Below the pieces are notes generated by a model. It saw only the letters and a list, made by a program, of their open reading frames with translations, had not been told where the DNA came from and searched no databases. A stretch of DNA of 64,000 nucleotides, from contig OZ219926.1 in NCBI GenBank assembly GCA_964291405.2, forward strand, positions 1,408,001-1,472,000. The letters are read 5' to 3'. Shown here piece after piece: positions 50,128 through 60,169 of the stretch. The DNA is from Thermodesulfobacteriota bacterium. GTDB lineage: Bacteria; Desulfobacterota; Binatia; Bin18. A program made the translations under genes and the position numbers. Each line of letters begins with the position of its first letter. Within the stretch, counting starts at the first letter, position 1.

Positions 50128-51309
50128 ATGCCACGCATCATCGAAGAACAGATTGATACACTCAACTTCCGGGGAGCGGTAGACGCAGACGGCCATATCC
50201 TTGAAGCCGCAGACCTGTGGGAAACGTATTGTGACCCCAAATATCGCTCAACGGCGATACGCTTAAAGGTTGACGATCAGGACATGGATTACTTGGAAAT
50301 CTGTGGGAAGCCTTCACGGGTCAACCGCGGCGGAGCATTCTCGAGTGTTGGGTCGATGGGCCAAGTGACGCGAGAAAAAGGTGAGGTTAATCTGCACCAA
50401 CATTATGGTGATGAGTTTTTACTCGGAGCAATGGATGCCAAGCAACGGATGCAACGCCTCGATTTAGAGGGACTCGATGCCGCGATTATTTACCCAAGCC
50501 TCGATCTGGTGTGGGAAACTGAATGTGAAGATGCCGACTATGCCCAGGCTATGTGCCGGGCGTATAACCGCTGGATCGTGGATTGGTGTTCTGACAGTGG
50601 CGGCCGCTTGATTCCAGTTGCCCATCTTTCGCTGGGCGACCCACACGCCGCGGCAGAAGAGTTGGAACGGGCCGTCAAAGCCGGCTGTAAAGGCGGGTGG
50701 GTCGTCCAGTTTGTCATGACCCGAAAACCGCATGCCCATCCAGACCATGATGTCTTGTTCGCCAAAGCCCAGGAGCTTGACGTCCCATTAGGGGTACATC
50801 CATCCCTCGAACCCCAGTGGGCACTGCCGGGCCGCTACGATCTGGAGTATGTCCGTAAGCAGAGCTTCTTTCTGAATGTCACAGCCTCGGACGCTGCCCG
50901 GCACGCGCTCGCGAGTTTTATGCAGTACGGTACGTTTGAGAAATTTCCAAAACTCAAACTCGTCATTCTCGAAGTTGGCGCAGGTTGGGCCAGTTATTGG
51001 CTCGACCGCATGGACGCCGTGTATGACAGCATCATTGGTCGTTCGTTACCGATCAAAGAGCGCCCCAGTGAATATTTCAAACGTAACGTGTGGATCTCCG
51101 CCGATCCGGACGAAAAAGCGCTCCCTGCTATGGTTGACCTGCTCGGAGCGGATCGTTTCTTCTGGGCATCCGACTTTCCTCATCCCGACCATACGGGAGA
51201 CTATATTAAAGAGTTGGAGAACCTCACGACAAAGATGCCGGAACAATCCCGGCTCCAGGTCTTAGGGGAAAACGTCCGGCGCGTCTACAATTGTCCAGTC
51301 GGGAGTTAG
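50128..51309 (+). CDS. Amidohydrolase_2 family protein
   Basis: DADGH, AYNRW, WASDFPHPD; paralogue of 45641-46792. Confidence 0.92.
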   Translation: MPRIIEEQIDTLNFRGAVDADGHILEAADLWETYCDPKYRSTAIRLKVDDQDMDYLEICGKPSRVNRGGAFSSVGSMGQVTREKGEVNLHQHYGDEFLLGAMDAKQRMQRLDLEGLDAAIIYPSLDLVWETECEDADYAQAMCRAYNRWIVDWCSDSGGRLIPVAHLSLGDPHAAAEELERAVKAGCKGGWVVQFVMTRKPHAHPDHDVLFAKAQELDVPLGVHPSLEPQWALPGRYDLEYVRKQSFFLNVTASDAARHALASFMQYGTFEKFPKLKLVILEVGAGWASYWLDRMDAVYDSIIGRSLPIKERPSEYFKRNVWISADPDEKALPAMVDLLGADRFFWASDFPHPDHTGDYIKELENLTTKMPEQSRLQVLGENVRRVYNCPVGS

Positions 51310-51327
51310 CGGAGAAAGGCAGAGGTC

Positions 51328-52506
51328 ATGCCCACAAAAGAGCCGTTTACCATTCAGATCGCGGACGCCGTCTTAACCGACCTCCGCGATCGTTTGATCC
51401 GAACCCGTTGGGCTCATGATTTTGCCAACGATGAGTGGGCGTATGGCACGAATGACGCGTATCTCAAGGAATTAGTCACGTACTGGATTGAGCAGTACGA
51501 CTGGCGCACACACGAAGCCGAGATGAATGCCTTCTCCCATTACAAGACCACGATTGAAGACATTCCCATCCACTTCATTCACGAGCCCGGCAAAGGCCCA
51601 AACCCGATGCCGCTCGTTTTGAACCACGGCTGGCCGTGGACGTTTTGGGATCTCAACAAAGTTATCCGGCCGTTGACCGATCCAGCCGCGTATGGCGGCG
51701 ATGCCGCTGATTCGTTTGATATTGTTGTTCCGTCTTTGCCCGGCTACGGCTTCTCGTCGCCAATCAACGTGCCTGGTATCAATTATTGGCGAACGGCTGA
51801 TTTGTGGGTGACCCTGATGCAGGACGTGTTGGGCTACGACAGGTTCGCCACGCAGGGCGGTGACTGGGGTGCCGCTATAGCCGCCCAACTCGGCCATAAG
51901 TATGCTGATCGCGTCATTGGGGTCCATACTCACCTCATGTTGCCGCTCAACGCCTTTGCCGGTCCGCTGACGAGCATGGTCAATCGCTCAATGTACGGGC
52001 CTGGCGAAGAAGGCTGGTTTGACCGCAGCATGCATTTTCTGACAGCGGAAACCGGCTATGTGGCCCTCCAGACAACCAAGCCACAAACCCTGGCCTATGG
52101 TCTGAATGATTCACCTGCCGGGCTGTGTGCCTGGATATTGGAGAAACGGCGGACCTGGAGCGACTGTAACGGCGACGTAGAAACACGCTTCACCAAAGAT
52201 GAACTGTTGACCACCATGACCTTATACTGGGTCACCCAGAGTTTTGGAGCGTCCGCCCGGTATTATTATGAGGCCGCGCACAATCTGTGGCAGGCGTCAC
52301 ATGACAAGAGCCCAGTGGTCACGGCACCGACGGGCATCGCGGTATTCCCCAAGGATGTGGTCCTCCTGCCTCGCAAGTGGGCAGAGACGTATTACAACCT
52401 TCAGCGCTGGACCGTTATGCCGTCAGGCGGACATTTTGCCTCAATGGAAGAGCCGGAACAATTAGTCGAAGAAATCCGGGCATTCTTTCGTCCGCTACGG
52501 AGTTAA
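51328..52506 (+). CDS. Epoxide hydrolase (EHN-type)
   Basis: HGWP, SLPGYGFS, GGDWG nucleophile, GGHFA..E.P. Confidence 0.93.
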   Translation: MPTKEPFTIQIADAVLTDLRDRLIRTRWAHDFANDEWAYGTNDAYLKELVTYWIEQYDWRTHEAEMNAFSHYKTTIEDIPIHFIHEPGKGPNPMPLVLNHGWPWTFWDLNKVIRPLTDPAAYGGDAADSFDIVVPSLPGYGFSSPINVPGINYWRTADLWVTLMQDVLGYDRFATQGGDWGAAIAAQLGHKYADRVIGVHTHLMLPLNAFAGPLTSMVNRSMYGPGEEGWFDRSMHFLTAETGYVALQTTKPQTLAYGLNDSPAGLCAWILEKRRTWSDCNGDVETRFTKDELLTTMTLYWVTQSFGASARYYYEAAHNLWQASHDKSPVVTAPTGIAVFPKDVVLLPRKWAETYYNLQRWTVMPSGGHFASMEEPEQLVEEIRAFFRPLRS

Positions 52507-52545
52507 TCGAGTACACGTATTGCTGACAGAACAAGGAGGTCATAT

Positions 52546-53307
52546 ATGGCAGGACTCTTAGACGGAAAGGTCGCTTTAATCACGGGCGCGAGCACCGGCA
52601 TTGGCCGGGCGACTGCTCAGGTTTTTGCTCGCGAAGGCGCAAAAGTTGCGGTGGCTGATGTCAATGTCGAAGGCGCCGAAGAAACCGTGCGTTTGATCAA
52701 AGACGCTGGGGGCGAAGCGATCTTTATCCAGACTGATGTATCAAAAACGGCTGATACCGAGGCCATGGTCAAGCAAGTAGTTGAGACCTATGGCCGGCTG
52801 GACTGCGCCTTTAATAATGCCGGAATCGAAGGAGACTTCGTACCAACCCCGGACTATCCTGAGGCAACCTGGGATCGGGTGATCGGTATTAATCTCAAAG
52901 GTGTATGGTTGAGTATGAAGGCGGAAATCCAGCAGATGCTCAGCCAAGGTGGCGGCGCGATTGTGAATACGGCCTCTGTGGCAGGTTTACAAGGCATACC
53001 AGCTGGGTCTGCCTATGTCGCGGCCAAACACGGCGTGGTCGGACTCACTAAAACCGCAGCGCTTGAGTACGCCAAGGCCGGTATTCGGGTGAATGCGGTC
53101 TGTCCAGGCGCCGTGGAGACGCCAATGCTCAAACGCGCCTTTGAAAAGGTGCCCGAAATGGCAGAAGGGATTAACGCCGCAGAACCCGTTGGTCGTATGG
53201 CGCAACCGAGTGAGATCGGCGAAGCCGTCGCCTGGCTGTGTTCCGAAGCAGCCTCGTTTGTGACCGGCCATCCCATGGCGGTCGATGGCGGCTATGTAGC
53301 GCAGTAA
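52546..53307 (+). CDS. Short-chain dehydrogenase/reductase
   Basis: TGASTGIG, NNAG, YVAAK; paralogue of 40082-40843. Confidence 0.95.
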   Translation: MAGLLDGKVALITGASTGIGRATAQVFAREGAKVAVADVNVEGAEETVRLIKDAGGEAIFIQTDVSKTADTEAMVKQVVETYGRLDCAFNNAGIEGDFVPTPDYPEATWDRVIGINLKGVWLSMKAEIQQMLSQGGGAIVNTASVAGLQGIPAGSAYVAAKHGVVGLTKTAALEYAKAGIRVNAVCPGAVETPMLKRAFEKVPEMAEGINAAEPVGRMAQPSEIGEAVAWLCSEAASFVTGHPMAVDGGYVAQ

Positions 53308-53436
53308 ATAAGGCAGCAAGGGACGTGCAAGCCGGTTGTCGTTCACGATCTGGCTCACCGTTTGACTCTGGTCGGCAATGGCCCTACGCTCTGCGTGACA
53401 TTCCCAACCCAGACTCAAGAACAAGGAGGGTAAGAT

Positions 53437-54855
53437 ATGAGTCAGCAGCAGGCCTACGCACAGCCGCCCGCTCCGCGTCCCTTTGAGCTGGACGTTGAGA
53501 AGTTACGAGACCTGGAACGCCAGAATAAGCTGCCGGTCTTTACGACCTTTCAGGATCATGCCGATGGAGATTTCACCGTTATTGTCGCGGGGAAAGGGGT
53601 CTATCTCTGGGATGCCGAGGGCAATCAGTATCTCGACGGCTGCTCCGGCATTGGCAATGTGGGCTTGGGCTACGACCAGACCGAGATTGCCGACGCGGTC
53701 CACGCGCAAATGAAGACTCTCCCGTTTCATTTAAGCGGCTGGAATTTCTCCACCCCACCCTCCATTGAACTGGCGACAAAGTTGACCCAGCATGCCCCGG
53801 ACGGGCTGAACCGGGTGATTTTTGTCTCGGGTGGTTCAGAAGCTAATGAGACGGTCATCAAGGTCAGTCGGCTCTATTTTCGGCTGCGGGGCTTTGAGAA
53901 GAAAACCACGGCGATTGCGCTGGACCGCAGCTATCATGGGGCGACGTATGGAGCCGCCAGCCTGACGGGCCTTCCGCATATGCACGAACACTTTGAGCCC
54001 ATGCTCTCAAAGGTTCGGCATATCCCTACTCCGTACCGCTATCGCTGTGAGCAGTGCGGGACGCAGCCGGCCTGCACATTGGCGTGTGCGGATATGCTGG
54101 AAAAAGTCATTCTCGAAGAAGGGCCGGAGACCGTAGCCTTCTTTATTGCCGAACCCGTCCTGGGAGGCGGGGGCGGTATTCCTCTTCCCCCGGAATATTT
54201 TCAACGTATCCGGGCGATCTGCGACAAATATGATGTGCTCATGGTGTCGGATGAGGTCATTACCGGGTTTGGACGGACGGGCAAGATGTTTGCCATCGAG
54301 CACGGGGGCGTCATCCCGGATATGATCAGCACGGCCAAGGGCATCAATAGCGGTTATCTGCCGCTCGGTGCGGTGCTTTTGCACGAGAAGATTTACGACA
54401 CCTTTCTGCAGGCTCCCGAAGGTGCCGGTTTCTCCCACGGCTATACCAACTCCGGTCATCCGGTGTGCTGCGCGGCCGGGCTGAAGACGCTTGAAATTAT
54501 GGAACGAGATCAGCTCGTCGACCATGCAGCCCAGATGGGGGCGCTTTTTCACGAGGGACTGGCCGAATTGCGCGCCTCGCCCATCGTCGGTGACGTGCGG
54601 GGTTTGGGCTTAATCGCGGCTCTGGAGTTTGTCTGCAATAAAGACACGCGCGAGCCTTTTCCGCCCGAGTACAATGTCGCGGACTACGTCCGTCGGGCGG
54701 CCCTGAAGCGCGGGCTCCTCGTACGGGAAATAGGACCTGATGTGATTTTTATGGCACCACCGCTGATCATTACCCAGCAGGAGGTCGGCCTGCTCCTCCA
54801 GCGTCTGAAAGACACACTGGCCGAAACCGAAGCCTGGCTCGCCGCCAAGGCGTAA
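53437..54855 (+). CDS. Class III PLP-dependent (omega) aminotransferase
   Basis: SGGSEANE, SYHG, DEVITGFGRTG, TAKGINSGY, HGYTNSGHP. Confidence 0.95.
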   Translation: MSQQQAYAQPPAPRPFELDVEKLRDLERQNKLPVFTTFQDHADGDFTVIVAGKGVYLWDAEGNQYLDGCSGIGNVGLGYDQTEIADAVHAQMKTLPFHLSGWNFSTPPSIELATKLTQHAPDGLNRVIFVSGGSEANETVIKVSRLYFRLRGFEKKTTAIALDRSYHGATYGAASLTGLPHMHEHFEPMLSKVRHIPTPYRYRCEQCGTQPACTLACADMLEKVILEEGPETVAFFIAEPVLGGGGGIPLPPEYFQRIRAICDKYDVLMVSDEVITGFGRTGKMFAIEHGGVIPDMISTAKGINSGYLPLGAVLLHEKIYDTFLQAPEGAGFSHGYTNSGHPVCCAAGLKTLEIMERDQLVDHAAQMGALFHEGLAELRASPIVGDVRGLGLIAALEFVCNKDTREPFPPEYNVADYVRRAALKRGLLVREIGPDVIFMAPPLIITQQEVGLLLQRLKDTLAETEAWLAAKA

Positions 54856-54865
54856 GATTATTCAG

Positions 54866-55660
54866 ATGATCAAGAAAGCCTACGCCGACACTCCGAGTGG
54901 CCAGATGCACTACTACTACGGCGGACCGCAGAAAAAGCCGCCGATCATTTTTCTGCACCAGAACGTTAGCAGCGCAAAGGCCTTCGAACCCACCCTCCGA
55001 TTGCTGATTGACCAGTTTCACTGTATCGCCGTGGACCTGCCCGGCTTCGGAGGCTCCTTTGACCCGCCCGAATTCGATTCGATCAGTACGCTCACTGGCT
55101 ACACCATGGAGTTCCTCGACACGCTCGGTTTCGAGAAATTTCACCTCTGCGGCAGCCACACCGGAGCCGGGATGTCCGCGGAAATATCGTCGCTCTATCC
55201 CGACCGGGCGCTGTCCTGCATGATGATCGGTGCGTTGTTGTTTACCGAGGAACAATCCGCGCGGTTCCGGAAGGAGTTCAGCGGCTCCGCCGCCCCGGGC
55301 TTCGACACCGCCTACCTGAAAGAGACCTGGGACTACGTCTACGACATCGGCGGCAAGCTTGATCTAGACAATATGCACGACGAGTTCACCGGGGCGTTAC
55401 GCAACTGGAGGGTTCGCGACATGATCTTCCGCTGCGTTTGGGATTACCCCTTTGGCCAGTTCATCCCGAAGATCCAATGCCCAACTCTCTTGATTTGCGC
55501 CCCGGACGATGTTCTCTATCCGGGTCACCAGAACACTGCGGCGACGATGCCGCAGGCGAAGGCCATCGATGTCAAAGGTATGGACATGGAACCGAACCTC
55601 GATCCGGAAGGGGTGAGCCGGGGCATCATCGATTTTCTGACCGAGAACAACCTGAGCTGA
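54866..55660 (+). CDS. Alpha/beta hydrolase fold protein (GSHTG elbow)
   Basis: FLHQ, AVDLPGFGGS, CPTLLI; tandem paralogue of the next gene. Confidence 0.85.
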   Translation: MIKKAYADTPSGQMHYYYGGPQKKPPIIFLHQNVSSAKAFEPTLRLLIDQFHCIAVDLPGFGGSFDPPEFDSISTLTGYTMEFLDTLGFEKFHLCGSHTGAGMSAEISSLYPDRALSCMMIGALLFTEEQSARFRKEFSGSAAPGFDTAYLKETWDYVYDIGGKLDLDNMHDEFTGALRNWRVRDMIFRCVWDYPFGQFIPKIQCPTLLICAPDDVLYPGHQNTAATMPQAKAIDVKGMDMEPNLDPEGVSRGIIDFLTENNLS

Positions 55661-55710
55661 GCGCCGGCGGCGACCGGTCGGTACGCTCGGCCGTAGGGAG
55701 ACACGAATTG

Positions 55711-56505
55711 ATGATCAAGAAAGCCTACGCAGATACGCCTAGTGGTCAAATGCACTATTACCATGGTGGCCCGCAGGAAAAGCCGCCGATTGTGTTTCTG
55801 CACCAGAACGTCAGTGGCGCGAAGGGGTATGAACGCACGCTCGAGAAGTTGATCGACCGCTGTCATTGCATTGCGGTCGACCTGCCCGGCTTCGGTGGCT
55901 CCTTTGACCCGCCGGAGTTCCATTCGATCAGCACGCTCACCCAATACACGATGGACTTTCTCGATACGCTCGGTATCGAGAAGTTCCATGCCTTCGGCAA
56001 TCACACGGGTGCCGGCATGGCCGCCGAAATGGCGTCGCTCTATCCCGAGCGCGTGCTGTCTTGCATGATGGTCGGTGCACTGTTGCTGACCGAGGAACAG
56101 GCCGCGCCCTACCGCGACGAGTTCAGCGGCTCCGTCGGGCCGAGCCACGAAGCCGAATACCTCAAAATCACCTGGGACTACATCTACAACCTGGGCGGTA
56201 ATCGCGATCTAGACAACATGAACGACGAGTTCTCAGGAGCACTGCGGGCCTGGAAGGTTCGCGGCATGATCTATCGATGCGTGTGGGATTACCGCTTCGA
56301 CCTGTTCATTCAGGACATCAAGTGCCCGACCTTGTTGATGTGCGCTCCAGACGATGTGCTCTACCTCGGCCACCAAAACACCGCCGCCGCCATGCCAAAG
56401 GCGAAGGCCATCGATGTCAAAGGCACAAATTTCGAGCCATTCCTTGATCCGGAAGGAGTGAGCCAAGGCGTCATCGATTTCCTGACCGAGAACAACCTGA
56501 GCTAA
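55711..56505 (+). CDS. Alpha/beta hydrolase fold protein (GNHTG elbow)
   Basis: Start at ATG 55711 after GGGAG RBS; 264 aa, collinear with the upstream paralogue. Confidence 0.85.
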   Translation: MIKKAYADTPSGQMHYYHGGPQEKPPIVFLHQNVSGAKGYERTLEKLIDRCHCIAVDLPGFGGSFDPPEFHSISTLTQYTMDFLDTLGIEKFHAFGNHTGAGMAAEMASLYPERVLSCMMVGALLLTEEQAAPYRDEFSGSVGPSHEAEYLKITWDYIYNLGGNRDLDNMNDEFSGALRAWKVRGMIYRCVWDYRFDLFIQDIKCPTLLMCAPDDVLYLGHQNTAAAMPKAKAIDVKGTNFEPFLDPEGVSQGVIDFLTENNLS

Positions 56506-56660
56506 GGGTGCCCGGCCGCCTGGACGATTTCTCCTGTTCGGAATCTAGGCTGCCCAGCACTAGACAGGTTTGAGTTGATACCGAATCGGCAAGCTCTTCA
56601 GTCCCCCTACGAAGGGTGTCTTCAAGGCGAGTGCAGGGCCGGTGACTTCTAGCGACGCGC

Positions 56661-56867
56661 GCCTTTTCCGCCCGAGTACAATGTCGCGGACTACGTCCGT
56701 CGGGCGGTCCTGAAGCGCGAGCTCCTCGTGCGGGAAATAGGGCCTGATGTGATTTTTATGGCACCACCACTGATCATTACCCAGCAGGAGGTCGGCCTGC
56801 TCCTCCAGCGTCTGAAAGACACGCTAGCTGAAACCGAAGCCTGGCTCGCTGCCAAGGCGTAAGATTA
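56661..56867 (+). pseudogene. Displaced duplicate of aminotransferase 3' end
   Basis: 207-bp direct repeat of 54654-54860, 9 mismatches by manual count. Confidence 0.92.
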
Positions 56868-56874
56868 TAACGGG

Positions 56875-56896
56875 CCGGGTGCTGCGAGGCACCCGG
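56875..56896. terminator. Hairpin between the two displaced gene ends
   Basis: CCGGGTGC-TGCGAG-GCACCCGG. Confidence 0.5.
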
Positions 56897-56900
56897 TGAC

Positions 56901-57031
56901 CTAACGAACGATCAGCCCCTCGAAATCACCCTGCGCACGCCAGGCGACGAGCATATCGTAAAAGGGCACTGCACCGTCGGGATATTGGGTCTCGATAAAG
57001 CCCTGCCCTCGTTTTTTCCCCCGCCGTTGTA
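56901..57031 (-). pseudogene. Displaced duplicate of BVMO 3' end
   Basis: Direct repeat of 60170-60302 ([31 protein letters not shown]) with small deletions. Confidence 0.9.
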
Positions 57032-57062
57032 CACGGGCCTCTGTCAGGACGGAGAGTCCCTG

Positions 57063-58046
57063 CTATTGTCCGTTCTCTTCTTTCGGCGAGATAGATGTTT
57101 CCCCCTCATCCAAGCCAAAGGCGTATTTGAAGGGGATCGGGTTAAAATACTCGCGGAAGAGCGTAATTTTTCCCTTTTTCACAAGGAACAGCCCACCATA
57201 CCTCTGATGATACATACGGCCCGTCGGGACGATCTCTACTTGGCCCTTGAACTCAGCAAAAATCCATTCTGGGTCCTGCAACGGGTGGAAGACCAAGTCT
57301 GAGGTAAAATCAGCTTTTCCACTATTCTCCGGCCAAGCAGCGTAATGCTGAATCAGGGCTGCTCTGCCGCTCACGCGTTCCGGGAAGCCTTTTGGCGCAT
57401 AGGGCATCTCCTGCACGGCATCCTCAGCCCATACGCCGGCAAACTTCTCCATGTCCTTCTGCTCTAAGGCCGTGAGGAAATCCCGCACCGCTTTTTTCGT
57501 CTGCTGCCGTTTGATGTACGACGCCGGGTTAGCGGCGGCACTCTTGCTGGCTGGGCCGAATACATCACGGGTCCCGCTTTCTTCACGCAGGTTAAAGGTA
57601 TGGCTGGTAACGTGCCATATCCCGTCGGTTTTTTGGAATTCATAGCGGTAATCACCCTGGACTTGCCAAAACAGGTCCCCCACATAATGGTCGGCGATAA
57701 CATTGGCCGTCGCTTCGGCCCCTGTCCCATCAAGTGTGACGGCAATATCTGAGATGGCATGTCGAGTCCGGTCGAAACCCGGTAAGACAGACGCCCACTG
57801 GGTCATCAGCGCTTGCGGGCTTATGCGTTCGACCTCACCACCCGTGAGAGAGGTATAATCCAGCTCGACTTCATCGGCATACAGCTTTTCGATTTCTTCA
57901 AAGTTGCCCTGGTCCGCTAAGATTCCAATACTTTCAATAGTCGTTTTAATAGCCGCCTCGTCTTGCGGATCACTCGCCGCGGGTACCGCGGGACTCGCCA
58001 CGGTCAGTACACTTATGAGCAATACTCCGGTGAGTATGTGATTCAT
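57063..58046 (-). CDS. Secreted tandem SnoaL/NTF2-domain protein
   Basis: Signal-like N-terminus; two NTF2-like domains (LPGFDRTRH; WAEDAVQEMPY...LFREYFNP). Confidence 0.82.
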   Translation of the reverse strand: MNHILTGVLLISVLTVASPAVPAASDPQDEAAIKTTIESIGILADQGNFEEIEKLYADEVELDYTSLTGGEVERISPQALMTQWASVLPGFDRTRHAISDIAVTLDGTGAEATANVIADHYVGDLFWQVQGDYRYEFQKTDGIWHVTSHTFNLREESGTRDVFGPASKSAAANPASYIKRQQTKKAVRDFLTALEQKDMEKFAGVWAEDAVQEMPYAPKGFPERVSGRAALIQHYAAWPENSGKADFTSDLVFHPLQDPEWIFAEFKGQVEIVPTGRMYHQRYGGLFLVKKGKITLFREYFNPIPFKYAFGLDEGETSISPKEENGQ

Positions 58047-58059
58047 GCCTGCTCCCTCT

Positions 58060-59004
58060 CTATTTCAGGGTTGCGTTGAAATGCTCAGCTACCGCATCGC
58101 TTGCTGCTGTAATCGGACTCGGAGCGTCATAGAAGTCAAACTGGCTCACACCGTCCAGCCACAGTTCTGTGACGTTGGAGCCCATACGGCGGGCATATTC
58201 GTGCGCTCCTTGAGGAATGGCGGCCGCTTCGGAATGGACGAGCAAGGTTGGTTTTTTCAGTTGCTCTGCGGTCTGGAGCGCATCGTAGGTGAGCCAGCCT
58301 TCCCACGAGGCCGCGTTAAACTTGTTATCGTATGCTGAGATCAGGCCTCGGTCCGTTTCCGTGTAATACGGCGCTTGATACATCACGGCCTTGTCATTCG
58401 TCAGGCTGGCCGCTTCCAGGATAATCGGTTCAGGCGATTGTTCCGCCTCCCGGCTCATTTGGATAAGACTTTTGACCCCTTCTTCACCGCCGTAGACGAC
58501 TTTGACGATGTCCGCATTATGTAACCAGGGCGCTACGAGCGCCAGGGCTTTGATATGGCTATTGGCCAGCGTCGCATCGCTCATATAGCCGGACGAGGCG
58601 CAAATCCCCAAGCCGCCGATCCGGCTTGCCTCCACTTCGGGCCGCGTGGCCAAGTAATGCACAGCGGCATGGATGTCCTCGGTTTTCCGCTTCGGATTTT
58701 CCAAATACTGAATCGCGTCGAGCGATTGACCCCAGCCGCGAAAGTCGAAAGCCAAGGCGACATACCCCCGGTCGGCCATTTCGGCGGCATAGGTACCGGC
58801 CATTTGTTCTTTCACGGTCGTCCAGGCTCCGGTGACAACCACACCCGGGAGCTTCTGGTTGTCCGTATATCCCTCGGGTAAATACAAATTTCCAGCGAGG
58901 GTCTGCCCTTGGCTTTCAAACGTAACGGGCTTCAGCGTCGCAGCCGGTCCGTTTGTGGCAAGAAGGGTGAGGAGCAATGGAATGGTGAAGAGGAGTCTTT
59001 TCAT
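58060..59004 (-). CDS. Secreted alpha/beta hydrolase (YcjY/DLH-like, GICAS elbow)
   Basis: Signal peptide, VKEQMAG.YA, FDFRGWGQS, GICASSGY. Confidence 0.85.
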   Translation of the reverse strand: MKRLLFTIPLLLTLLATNGPAATLKPVTFESQGQTLAGNLYLPEGYTDNQKLPGVVVTGAWTTVKEQMAGTYAAEMADRGYVALAFDFRGWGQSLDAIQYLENPKRKTEDIHAAVHYLATRPEVEASRIGGLGICASSGYMSDATLANSHIKALALVAPWLHNADIVKVVYGGEEGVKSLIQMSREAEQSPEPIILEAASLTNDKAVMYQAPYYTETDRGLISAYDNKFNAASWEGWLTYDALQTAEQLKKPTLLVHSEAAAIPQGAHEYARRMGSNVTELWLDGVSQFDFYDAPSPITAASDAVAEHFNATLK

Positions 59005-59122
59005 CGTGTGCCATCCTTTCCTGTTGGCGTTTATCTCTGTGCTCTGAGCAGCATCATAAAGGCGCTTGAGAAATACCACAAATACTTTATATCTATTTTA
59101 TTGATACCTTTACAGCATACCT

Positions 59123-60025
59123 ATGGAACTCCGTCATCTTCGCTACTTTGTGGCTGTCGCTGAGGCCGAAAATATCCGGCGCGCGGCAGAACACTTACAT
59201 ATTGTCCAGCCCGCGCTGAGCCGGCAGATGCAGCAACTGGAAGAAGAGCTGGAATGTGTCCTGTTCGATCGCCTGCCGCGCGGTATCCGCCTGAATGCCG
59301 CCGGCAAAGCGTTCCTTGAGTCCGCGCGTGATATCCTCAGTCGTACCGATGAAGCAATGGCGCACGCACGTCGGGTGGCCCAGGGGGAAGCCGGTCATCT
59401 CCACATTGGATTCATAGAAAACGCTGCCTGGTTCGGGGCCTTTCCCAAGTCAATCCAGCAATACCGCGCGCGGTATCCGAATGTGGGTCTGGGTCTCCAT
59501 CCGATGTTCTCGACCGAGCAGTTTGCGGCTATCGTCGCCGGCCAGCTCGACGCTGGTTTTTGCTATACCTTCGAAGCCCTTCCCACAGGCTGCCAGGCCC
59601 TGCTGCTCCGAATGGACACGGTCGTGCTCGCAGTACCGAGACGCTATGGCTGGAAAAAGCGGGGCGAGGTGCGCCTGAAAGATCTGAAGACTGAGGCATT
59701 TGTGGGGCTCTCACGGTCCAGCGCCCCGGCCTATGTCGATCGCATCGTGTCAACGACCTATGCCGGCGGGTTGTCACCCAATATCGTGCAGGAAGCTATC
59801 GACGAAAAGACGCTGCTCAGTTTGGTTTCCGCCGGGATTGGTATCGGCTTTTGCAACTCAGCCAATGCAGGCCGCAAGCCGCCGCTTGTAGAGCTCGTGC
59901 CTGTGGTCGATTTCGACCTCAAGCTCCCGCTCTGCTTCGTATGGAACCAGTCGAACTCATCCGCAGCACTGAGCGCGTTCCGCTCGGTGGTGTCGCACCA
60001 TCAGGACAGGGGACGGCACACCTGA
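59123..60025 (+). CDS. LysR family transcriptional regulator
   Basis: MELRHLRYFVAVAE...QPALSRQMQQLEEEL; divergent from the hydrolase, with ATC-N9-GAT box in the gap. Confidence 0.95.
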   Translation: MELRHLRYFVAVAEAENIRRAAEHLHIVQPALSRQMQQLEEELECVLFDRLPRGIRLNAAGKAFLESARDILSRTDEAMAHARRVAQGEAGHLHIGFIENAAWFGAFPKSIQQYRARYPNVGLGLHPMFSTEQFAAIVAGQLDAGFCYTFEALPTGCQALLLRMDTVVLAVPRRYGWKKRGEVRLKDLKTEAFVGLSRSSAPAYVDRIVSTTYAGGLSPNIVQEAIDEKTLLSLVSAGIGIGFCNSANAGRKPPLVELVPVVDFDLKLPLCFVWNQSNSSAALSAFRSVVSHHQDRGRHT

Positions 60026-60039
60026 GGAGGCTGAGAGGG

Positions 60040-60090
60040 CGGTATGGAGCTAACCCTCGGAGCGACCGCTCCAGGACCGGCTCCATACCG
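60040..60090. terminator. Long hairpin between convergent genes
   Basis: CGGTATGGAGC...GCTCCATACCG outer stem, GGAGCG/CGCTCC inner stem. Confidence 0.55.
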
Positions 60091-60169
60091 GTAAGCGAGG
60101 CCTGTTTTGCTATTCTCCCACTCTGCCCTTTATTGCAAACGGGCTGGGTTCGGAGCTACTCGCTCAGAT

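Noticed and set aside
55438-55710. 91-aa N-terminal extension in the ORF track
   Set aside because: It overlaps the upstream gene; paralogue alignment and the RBS place the start at 55711.
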